Of a stretch of DNA of 64,000 nucleotides, positions 53,418-60,828 are shown piece by piece. This DNA comes from an uncultured Victivallales bacterium (GTDB lineage Bacteria; Verrucomicrobiota; Kiritimatiellia; UBA8416; CAYOBW01). The translations under genes were made by a program, and so were the position numbers. The notes below the pieces were generated by a model, which worked only from the letters and a program-made list of their open reading frames with translations, ran no database searches and was not told where the DNA came from. Position 1 is the first letter of the stretch. Each line of letters opens with the position of its first letter. The stretch spans positions 24,086 to 88,085 of the forward strand of contig CAYOBW010000003.1 of the NCBI GenBank assembly GCA_964402115.1, given 5' to 3'.

Positions 53418-53627
53418 CCGCCCCCTCAGAGCGCTCGAATCGGTTGCAACGTCACTATCGATACGCCTCCTTCCATGGGAAAGGCAAGTGCTTTTTTCTC
53501 TTTTTCTGCCCCCGGCGGAGCGCTGCCAGTCGGCCGCATGCAACGCCATCGGCGCGCGTTTCGACTTGTTATGCAATGGCGTCTGGGCCATAGTCTCGAC
53601 GCGTTTATTCGACATCGGGGGGATGCC

Positions 53628-54566
53628 ATGAAGATGGATTCTGTCAGGGTTTCAGCGCCAGCAACAATAGGCAACATAGGGCCCGGATTCGACGTTCTGG
53701 GGCTGGCCGTCAAGGGCATTGGCGACGTGATCGAGGCCCGCCGCACCGCCTCCGGCGTCACCCTCTCGGCCGTGGTGTGCGCCCACCCGGGCATCGAACT
53801 GAGCAGCGATCCGGAGAAGAACACGGCCGGTATTGCCGCCCGCGAAACGCTCGACACGCTGGGGGAAAAAGGGGGCGTGGATCTGAAGCTCTACAAGGGG
53901 CTTCCCCTGGGGTCCGGACTCGGCTCCAGCGCGGCTTCCGCCGCGGCGGCGGCGTTCGCCGTCAATGTGCTCTACGGCAACCCCCTGACCAAGGAGGAAC
54001 TCATCCTCCCGGCCACCCGCGCGGAAGCGGCAGTCTCCGGCGGGTTCTTCGCGGACAATACGGCCCCCGCGCTGCTGGGCGGCGCCACCCTCACCCGCTC
54101 GTGCCTGCCGCTGGACGTCACCCGGATCGGCAGCATCCACAACCTGATCATCATCCTGATCACGCCCGACCTCGTCATCCTGACACGCGAAGCCCGGAAG
54201 ATCCTGCCGGCGACCGTCCCCCTGGCCGACTTCGTGTGCAACATGGCCAACACGTCGCTGATCACGGTGGCTTTTGCCAAGGACGACTACTCCCTGTTTG
54301 CCCGCAGTCTCAACGATGTGGTCATCGAACCGGTGCGCGCGAAGCTGATTCCCGGCTTTGACGAGGTGAAGGCCAACGCCCTCAAGGCCGGGGCGGACGG
54401 CGTGGCGATCTCCGGCTCGGGTCCGACGGTTTTCGCGATCACCAATCAGCGCGCCCGTGCCCGCTTCATCGAGGACGCCATGATCCGCACTTTCTCGGCC
54501 CACGGCGTCAAGGCTTCGGGCGTCATTACCGAGGTGGACCCCGAGGGCGCCACCATCCTGGCCTGA
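53628..54566 (+). CDS. thrB: Homoserine kinase
   Basis: SAPATIGNIGPGFDVLGLA, GHMP loop PLGSGLGSSAAS, ADNTAPALLGG and ISGSGPT. ATG 53628 after a GGGGGA SD. Confidence 0.93.
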   Translation: MKMDSVRVSAPATIGNIGPGFDVLGLAVKGIGDVIEARRTASGVTLSAVVCAHPGIELSSDPEKNTAGIAARETLDTLGEKGGVDLKLYKGLPLGSGLGSSAASAAAAAFAVNVLYGNPLTKEELILPATRAEAAVSGGFFADNTAPALLGGATLTRSCLPLDVTRIGSIHNLIIILITPDLVILTREARKILPATVPLADFVCNMANTSLITVAFAKDDYSLFARSLNDVVIEPVRAKLIPGFDEVKANALKAGADGVAISGSGPTVFAITNQRARARFIEDAMIRTFSAHGVKASGVITEVDPEGATILA

Positions 54567-54568
54567 GC

Positions 54569-55750
54569 ATGCCGCGCCGTCAGCCAACCCGCCCCCACGC
54601 CCCGAACAAGCGGGAGCCTGACACCGGCAGGCCCCGCCATGCGGCTGCACCCCCGACCAGCGACAGCGTGGCCCTGTTGCCGGTCGACTCGCTTGCCATC
54701 CGACGCAAGGCACTCCGGGAACACCACAAGGCGGAGCAGACGCTGGAAGACCTGAAGGTCAAGCTCACCCGGTATCACGAACAGGACACGCCCGGCTTCC
54801 GCCAGTGGCTGCACCAGACCTTCGGCGCACTCCTGACACAGCAGCGCGAGCTCGAACAGGCTTGCGCGGACAACTACCGCATCCTCGAGGAAATCGCCTC
54901 GCTGGCCAACCGCATGGACCTTTCCGAGGTGGCCGCCTACCGCAAGTGGCTGTGGCGCCAGGACCACCCCGAGGAGGCCGCCGCCGAAGACCAGCAGTGG
55001 GAGGAGGAGGCCCGGCGGCGGACGCAAGCGGCCCGCGAGAACTTCAACCGGGTATTCGGCCTTGAGGAGGAGGCAACCGACGACGATGACGATGACGAGG
55101 GCCTGTTCGACGGGCCGGACGACGAGGAAGATGAAGCGCCCTTCGGGGCGACCTTCGAGGACTTCATCAGGGGGTTCCTGGGCCACGGCGCCGCGCGCCA
55201 CCGCGGAAAGCCCGCCGAACACCCGGACGACAAGACCGTCAGGAACCTCTATCGCACCATTGTCCGCCACCTGCATCCGGATCATCATGGCCAGATGAGC
55301 GAGGCGCGCCAGAACCTCTGGCACGAGGCGCAGGAGGCCTACCGGCGGGGCGACCTCAACGCCCTCCACGGCGTGCTGGCCCGCTGCGAAAATGGCGGAG
55401 CTGGCATCGGCCTCCACACGCCTGTGAGCTTGATCCAGCGTCTGACGCGGCAGCTCAAGGACACCATCCGCAATACCCGCCGCGAGGTGCGCCAATTCCA
55501 GCGCGATATCGCATGGGAGTACGAGAAACGGGTGGCCGACACCCGCTTCGTGCGCCGGATCAAGAACGATCTCGACAGCGCCATCCTCAACCTGACCCTC
55601 CAGTTCCGCGAAATGAAGGCTACCCTGGAGGATCTGAAACGCAGGGCCAATCAACCCCCCGCACGCCCACGCCCGCGCCCCACCCCGCCCCGCCAACGGC
55701 GCCAACCCCAACGCGACGAGGACGACGGGCAACTCGGTTTCTTTTTCTAA
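54569..55750 (+). CDS. J-domain-containing protein (internal HPD motif, coiled coils, acidic tract)
   Basis: VRNLYRTIVRHLHPDHHG...LWHEAQEAYRRGDL matches J-domain helices II-III. Starts 2 nt after the thrB stop. Confidence 0.75.
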   Translation: MPRRQPTRPHAPNKREPDTGRPRHAAAPPTSDSVALLPVDSLAIRRKALREHHKAEQTLEDLKVKLTRYHEQDTPGFRQWLHQTFGALLTQQRELEQACADNYRILEEIASLANRMDLSEVAAYRKWLWRQDHPEEAAAEDQQWEEEARRRTQAARENFNRVFGLEEEATDDDDDDEGLFDGPDDEEDEAPFGATFEDFIRGFLGHGAARHRGKPAEHPDDKTVRNLYRTIVRHLHPDHHGQMSEARQNLWHEAQEAYRRGDLNALHGVLARCENGGAGIGLHTPVSLIQRLTRQLKDTIRNTRREVRQFQRDIAWEYEKRVADTRFVRRIKNDLDSAILNLTLQFREMKATLEDLKRRANQPPARPRPRPTPPRQRRQPQRDEDDGQLGFFF

Positions 55751-55757
55751 CCGCCGC

Positions 55758-55787
55758 TTGACGCGCCCGATCCCCGCCCGCTATGGT
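55758..55787 (+). promoter_or_regulatory. Putative sigma70 promoter for the riboswitch operon
   Basis: TTGACG-N18-TATGGT, ending about 10 nt before the riboswitch 5' end. Confidence 0.5.
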
Positions 55788-55797
55788 GAGACGCGTT

Positions 55798-55970
55798 ACA
55801 GGTTCTCTGCGCCTTGCGCGCGGGGAGGCGAGAGGGAAGGCCGTGAAAATCGGCCGCGGACGCGCCGCTGTGACCGGGGACAAGTCCCGCGTGAAACCAC
55901 TGCACCGGCCGGATGCCGGAGCGGGAAGGTGCGGGAGGCGGATGATCCGGGAGTCAGAAGACCTGCCTGT
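55798..55970 (+). ncRNA. Cobalamin (B12) riboswitch
   Basis: Ordered consensus elements: ACAGGT..., AGAGGGAAggccGTGAAAATCggccGCGG..CGCCGCTGTGA, CCACTG...GGGAAGG, B12-box GAGTCAGAAGACCTGCC. The 5' ACAGG pairs with the 3' CCTGT. Confidence 0.93.
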
Positions 55971-56041
55971 AATAAGCCTGCACTGGCCTTCGCGGGTCAA
56001 ACAGCCGTCAGGTCGCCGCGCACACGCACGGTAGCGACAGG

Positions 56042-56080
56042 GCCGGCTGCCCGATCCCCGAGGGAGGCCGGCTTGTTTGT
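56042..56080 (+). terminator. Candidate intrinsic terminator in the riboswitch expression platform
   Basis: GCCGGCT.CCC...GGG.GGCCGGC stem followed by TTGTTTGT, between the aptamer and the first ATG. Confidence 0.45.
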
Positions 56081-56121
56081 GAGTTGTCCCCCACGTCGGG
56101 ACCAACAAAGGAACTGTCGCC

Positions 56122-56787
56122 ATGCCTGCGGTCCATACCCTCCCTTCCCCACTGTGTTTCCTCGCTGTCCTTGCCGCCTGGCTCGGCGCCACAGCGCCGG
56201 GCCAGGCCGGGGCGTTCGACAGCGTCACGACCTGGGTCGGCTCGGGCGCCAACCAGGCCGCGCTGGTCGTGGATTGGAACGACGCCAAGCAGCCGCAAGC
56301 CCTCGTGTGGGGGTACCGCTGGTACGGCACCGCCAGCGGCGCCGATATGCTGCAGGCTATCTCCGATGCCGACGTGAAGTTCGAGGTGACGATCAGGGAC
56401 TGGGGCTGGGGGCTGACGGTCGAGGGCATGGGCTACGACTTGAACGGCAACGGTTTTGCCGCAGCCGATCCCGGCGACCACTTCAAGCCCGGCTGGGTGG
56501 CGCCCAACTGGTGGTCCTACTGGATCAACGACCCCGCCCTGAGCGAGGGCAATCCCTACGCCGGCGGCAACTTCATCTCGTCGCAGGTCGGCATGGGCGA
56601 ACGCACCCTGGCGAACGGCGACTGGGACGGCTGGCGCTATGACGACGGCACACGCGCCCCCGTCAGCCCCTTCGCATCCGTGCCGGAACCCGGCACGCTC
56701 GCCCTGGCGCTGGGCGGTGCCGTGGTGCTGCTGGCTCGGCGCGCGCGCCGGGCAGGGAGAACGTCGAAGCGCAGGCGGAACGCGTAG
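56122..56787 (+). CDS. PEP-CTERM sorted surface protein, probable transcobalamin-like (DUF4430-like) domain
   Basis: AAAGGA SD, signal peptide, and C-terminal VPEPGTLALALGGAVVLLARRARR (PEP + TM + basic tail). WGLTVEGMG...WWSYW...SQVGMGERTLANGDWDGW resembles the DUF4430 pattern (by eye). Confidence 0.8.
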   Translation: MPAVHTLPSPLCFLAVLAAWLGATAPGQAGAFDSVTTWVGSGANQAALVVDWNDAKQPQALVWGYRWYGTASGADMLQAISDADVKFEVTIRDWGWGLTVEGMGYDLNGNGFAAADPGDHFKPGWVAPNWWSYWINDPALSEGNPYAGGNFISSQVGMGERTLANGDWDGWRYDDGTRAPVSPFASVPEPGTLALALGGAVVLLARRARRAGRTSKRRRNA

Positions 56788-56807
56788 AACCCGCCGAAGA
56801 ATATCGT

Positions 56808-58073
56808 ATGCGTCTCATCCCGTGCAGGTTATGTTATGTTCTAGCCGCGGTTTCGACTGCGGCCGGCGTGGCGCGTGCGTCGGATTTTGCCACGCGCGTG
56901 GTAAGCTCTGCCAATCTGGCAGCCCCCTGGAACAACCCGACCAACGCGCTCGGACGCCCCACTGTCGATGCGTGGGGCGACTGGGAGAACATCGACCCTG
57001 CCGAACCGGTCCCCGTTGTCCCAGCCTATCCGCCCATCCGGCTGGCCGGCTTCGGTGACCTGGCGGGGGATTACCTCGTCAGCATCGACACCGGCGGACA
57101 CCTGACCCTGGAGTTTGACCACCAGGTGGAGGACGACCCACGCAACCCCTACGGCCTCGACCTGATCGTCTTCGGCAACATGCTGCACAGCGGTCGCGGA
57201 CAGGCCTGGAGCAATCGCGACCCGAATGCATTTACGCTGGGCGCCACCCACATCACGGATGCCGGCAGGGTGTCGGTCAGCCAGGACGGCGTGACGTGGC
57301 TTACCTATACGAATGGTCCTTATGCCGACGACTTCGCCCCAACCCTGGGCCGCGTCTACGACCCGACCCACGCGGTCACGAACCTCGGCGCCTGGAACCG
57401 CTGGTGGGGATCGCCGACCGACCCCACCCGCCCGCACGATCCGCGTCTGAAGGCCGCTGACTACGACGGGCGTACGCTGGCGGAGGTCTGCCGGGCCTAC
57501 GGTACATCGGCCGGCGGCACGGGTTTCGATCTGGCCGTGTTCGCGGATTTGCCCGCCACCTCCAGCAACGGCTGCAAGTGGATCCGCTTCGTCCGCATCG
57601 CCAGCACCACGCTCGCGCCCGAGGTGGATGCCGTCTCGGACGTCGCCCCCGTGGCGCCGTTCGAGCTGTGGCGTCTCGCGCTCTTCACGTGGTGGCAGCT
57701 GGCCGACCCGGCACTCAGCGGGGCGGCGGCCGATCCGGGCCGCAACGGCCAGCCCAACTGGGTGGACTACGCGTTCGCCGGGGATCCGTGGACGGTCCAG
57801 GCGCCGGTCAACGCCATCCGGGCCGCGGCGTGGCGCCGACAGGATGGCGCGGACCGCCTCGCCGTGACCTACACGCGCAATGCCAGCGCCCGCGACGTGA
57901 CGTTCCGGCTCGAGTCGGCCGGCCAGCCCGGCCGGCAGGCCGCCTGGAGTGCCGCGGACGTCGTGCAGGAAGCGCGCGTGGAGACGCTATCGAACGGACT
58001 CGAGGCGGTTACCGGGCTGCTGCCGCCGGGAGTCGGGCCGCGCTTCGCACGCCTGAGGACGCTGGCGCCATGA
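56808..58073 (+). CDS. Secreted cell-surface protein (possible BtuH-like corrinoid-binding domain) with Verrucomicrobia-type C-terminal domain
   Basis: Signal peptide. [15 protein letters not shown]...DLIVFGN...[10 protein letters not shown]...GGTGFDL...IRFVRI pattern. C-terminal W...[19 protein letters not shown]...YTR...RFARL. Confidence 0.68.
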   Translation: MRLIPCRLCYVLAAVSTAAGVARASDFATRVVSSANLAAPWNNPTNALGRPTVDAWGDWENIDPAEPVPVVPAYPPIRLAGFGDLAGDYLVSIDTGGHLTLEFDHQVEDDPRNPYGLDLIVFGNMLHSGRGQAWSNRDPNAFTLGATHITDAGRVSVSQDGVTWLTYTNGPYADDFAPTLGRVYDPTHAVTNLGAWNRWWGSPTDPTRPHDPRLKAADYDGRTLAEVCRAYGTSAGGTGFDLAVFADLPATSSNGCKWIRFVRIASTTLAPEVDAVSDVAPVAPFELWRLALFTWWQLADPALSGAAADPGRNGQPNWVDYAFAGDPWTVQAPVNAIRAAAWRRQDGADRLAVTYTRNASARDVTFRLESAGQPGRQAAWSAADVVQEARVETLSNGLEAVTGLLPPGVGPRFARLRTLAP

Positions 58074-58831
58074 ACCGTCGCGCCGCCACAGCTGCACGCG
58101 CTTTTACGCTGATCGAACTCCTCGTGGTCATCTCCATCATCGCCCTGCTCGTGGGTCTGCTGCTGCCGGCGGTCCACATGGCGCGGGAAGCGGGGCGCAG
58201 CACCCAGTGCAAGAACAACCTGCACCAGTGCGCGCTGGCGGCCCTGCGCTATGCGGCCGATCACGACGGGCAGTTCCCGCCCGCGCAGACCGTACGCAAC
58301 GGCGCCTCGTGCGCGTGGGATTTCTCCACCACGGTCACCTGGGGCAGCAGCGGGAAGAAGACCAGCGTCGCCCCGGGACTGCTCTGGCAGGAGTACGGGG
58401 AGGGGCGCGTGCTGCAGTGCCCCAGCTACCGGGGCGGACCGAACTGGGCCACGGACCCCTATTGCGGCTATAACTACAACACCAGCTACATCGGGCATGG
58501 GCGTAACGAACCGAACCCCGAACCCGCCAGCCTGGCCAACATTGCGACCCCTGCCCGGTGCGCACTCTTCGGCGACGGCGAGTACGAGGGCGGCGCCAAC
58601 AAGTTCATGCGGGCGCCCTGCGGCGACCTGGCCGGCGGCGGGGACAGTCCCTCGTACGCGGGCCGCAGCGCCGGCACGCAGGGCTTCCGCCATCGCGGCC
58701 GCACCAACATAGCCTTCTGCGACGGCCACGTGGAGTCCTTCGACACCCCCTACCGTCCCGGCGGCCCCGGCGAAACCGCCCCCGGCTGCGGCTTCATCAG
58801 CCCCGACAACAGCCTGTACGACTGGCAGTAA
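58070..58831 (+). CDS. DUF1559-type prepilin-like protein (N-terminal methylation motif, C-terminal H-X9-DG motif)
   Basis: ATGA overlap with the upstream gene. [40 protein letters not shown], and [16 protein letters not shown]. Confidence 0.9.
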   Translation: MNRRAATAARAFTLIELLVVISIIALLVGLLLPAVHMAREAGRSTQCKNNLHQCALAALRYAADHDGQFPPAQTVRNGASCAWDFSTTVTWGSSGKKTSVAPGLLWQEYGEGRVLQCPSYRGGPNWATDPYCGYNYNTSYIGHGRNEPNPEPASLANIATPARCALFGDGEYEGGANKFMRAPCGDLAGGGDSPSYAGRSAGTQGFRHRGRTNIAFCDGHVESFDTPYRPGGPGETAPGCGFISPDNSLYDWQ

Positions 58832-58839
58832 GGCGCTCC

Positions 58840-60828
58840 TCACCGCCCATACGCCGACCCGGAGAACGACAGCGCCTCGTCGAGCCAGGTGTCGGCGCGA
58901 AGGACGGCGCGGCGCTGCTTGAAAGCCTGGGACTGCGCGGTGCGCTGGGCGAGCCGCACCGCGGCTTCGACGAGGGGGCGGGCGCGCACGGGGTTGGCGC
59001 GCAGCACGGCCTGCAGCCGCCCGCGCAGGGCGGCGGGCAGGAAGCGCCGCAGCAGCTCGTCCTCGAGGCTGACGCAGGCCTGCGCGCTGCCCGCGTCGCC
59101 CTGGCGCGCGCAGCGGCCGAAAAGCTGCCGGTCGATCCGCCCCGACTCGTGCCGCTCCGTGGCGATGACGTGCAGCCCGCCGGCCTCCGCGACGCCGCGC
59201 CCGAGCCGGATATCCGTACCCCGCCCCGCCATGTTCGTGGCGATCGTGATCTGCCCCGGCTGGCCGGCGGCGGCGACGATCTGCGCCTCCTCCTGGTGGC
59301 GGACGGCGTTGAGCACGTGGTGTTCCACCCCGCGCGCGACGAGCTGGGCCGCAAGGCGCTCGCTGGCCTCGACGCTGCGCGTGCCGACCAGCACCGGCCG
59401 CCCGGCGGCGTGCAGGCGCAGGACCTCCTCGGCCACGGCGGCCCAGCGCGCGTCGGCTTCGGCGAACAGGGCGTCCGGCAGCACCTCCCGGCAGCACGGG
59501 CGGTGCGTGGGTATGGGCGCCACCGGCAGCCGGTAGATGTGCCAGAACTCCGCCGCCGCCTCGCGCGCCGTCCCGGTCATGCCGGCGAGCCGCGGATAGA
59601 GCCGGAAGAAGCGCTGAAAGCTCAGCCGCGCCAGCGTCTCGTCGGGCTCGGTGACCGCCAGCCCCTCCTGCGCCTCCACGGCCTGGTGCAGGCCCTCGCT
59701 CCAGTTGCGGTTGGGCATGAGCCGCCCCGTGAACTCGTCCACGATGACGACCTGCCCCTCCTGCACGACGTACTGGCGGTCGCGCTTGAAGAACTCGCGC
59801 GCGGTGAGGGACTGCTCGATGAGCTCGCGCCGCCGCTCCGCGCCGCGCCAGATGCCCGGCAGCGCCTCCGCCTGCGCCGCGAGCCAGTCGCGTCCGGGGG
59901 CGAGCAGCTCGACCTCGCGGTGGCGCGCGTCGACGCGGTAGTGCCGCCCCGGCTCCAGCGCGGCGGCGAGCCGGTGGGCCGTCACGCAGGCCTCGCGCAG
60001 GGCCTGGTTGTCGCGCGGCTGGGCGATGATCAGCGGCGTGACCGCCTCGTCGATGAGCACGCAGTCGGCCTCGTCCACGATCGCCGCGTGCAGCCCGCGC
60101 ATGACGAGGTCGCCGGCCAGGGCGCCGGGCTGCAGCAGCGCGCGCACGAGCCGCCGGCCGGCGTGCTGCACCTGCCCAAGCCGCAGGCGGTCACGGAGGA
60201 AGTCGGCGACGACCTCCTTGCTCGTCGTGTAGGTCACGTCCCGGCCGTACGCCTCCCGCCGCGCGGCGGGCTCGAGCAGCCCGGTGACGCAGCCCACGCT
60301 CACGCCGCAGAACTGGTAGAGCGGTCGAAACCACGCCGCGTCGCGCTGGGCGAGGTAGTCGTTGACCGTCACGATGTGGCAGGGGCGCCCGCTCCAACCG
60401 GCGATCACGGCCGCCAGCGCGGCCGTGAGCGTCTTGCCCTCGCCCGTGGCCATCTCGATCAGCCAGCCCTGGTGCAGGGCGAGGGCGCCGGCGACCTGCT
60501 CGCGGTAGGGGTGCAGCCCGGTCTGCCGCCCGGCGGCTTCGCGCACCGCCGCCAGCGCGTCGTCGAGCAGCGGCGCGCCGCGCGCCTCCGAGCGCCGGAA
60601 CGTCGCACGCAGCTCCTCCAGCCGCGCGCGCAGCTGATTGTCCGAAAGGTGGCGCAGGGCCTCCGCCCGCGCGTCGATGCCGGCGGCCCGCGCCAGCAGC
60701 GCCGCGCTGCGCCCCGCCCCGCGCCGCCACCGCCCGGCAAGGCCGTGCACCCAGGCGTCGAGCCCGCCATGGATGCGCTCCGGGCGGCGCACCTCGATAC
60801 GGCGGTAATCCTGGGTGGGCGTGCTCAT
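58840..60828 (-). CDS. Short SecA paralogue (SecA_DEAD-type ATPase, 662 aa)
   Basis: EMATGEGKT, HIVTVNDYLAQRD, IVDEAD, IVDEFTGRLM, GLHQAVEA, GMTGTA, IATNMAGRGTDI, HESGRIDRQLFGR and SLEDEL, ending about 70 aa later. ATG 60828 overlaps the upstream TGA. Confidence 0.9.
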   Translation of the reverse strand: MSTPTQDYRRIEVRRPERIHGGLDAWVHGLAGRWRRGAGRSAALLARAAGIDARAEALRHLSDNQLRARLEELRATFRRSEARGAPLLDDALAAVREAAGRQTGLHPYREQVAGALALHQGWLIEMATGEGKTLTAALAAVIAGWSGRPCHIVTVNDYLAQRDAAWFRPLYQFCGVSVGCVTGLLEPAARREAYGRDVTYTTSKEVVADFLRDRLRLGQVQHAGRRLVRALLQPGALAGDLVMRGLHAAIVDEADCVLIDEAVTPLIIAQPRDNQALREACVTAHRLAAALEPGRHYRVDARHREVELLAPGRDWLAAQAEALPGIWRGAERRRELIEQSLTAREFFKRDRQYVVQEGQVVIVDEFTGRLMPNRNWSEGLHQAVEAQEGLAVTEPDETLARLSFQRFFRLYPRLAGMTGTAREAAAEFWHIYRLPVAPIPTHRPCCREVLPDALFAEADARWAAVAEEVLRLHAAGRPVLVGTRSVEASERLAAQLVARGVEHHVLNAVRHQEEAQIVAAAGQPGQITIATNMAGRGTDIRLGRGVAEAGGLHVIATERHESGRIDRQLFGRCARQGDAGSAQACVSLEDELLRRFLPAALRGRLQAVLRANPVRARPLVEAAVRLAQRTAQSQAFKQRRAVLRADTWLDEALSFSGSAYGR

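Noticed and set aside
11656-53351. Many long plus-strand ORFs (up to 966 aa) opposite the giant gene
   Set aside because: Typical stop-poor antisense frames of high-GC coding DNA, with no recognisable motifs.
53455-53510. Sigma70 promoter for the giant gene (A-tract, TTGCCT, TATCGA on the minus strand)
   Set aside because: The -35 and A-rich element are plausible, but the -10 match is too weak to call.
53418-53615. Extended start of the giant ORF (MSNKRVET...) and of thrB (53400)
   Set aside because: These would overlap or abut each other and remove the divergent promoter region. Better SD-ATG pairs exist at 53417 and 53628.
57578-58069. N-terminal extension of the DUF1559 ORF
   Set aside because: It overlaps the upstream gene. 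The prepilin motif needs a short leader, matching ATG 58070.
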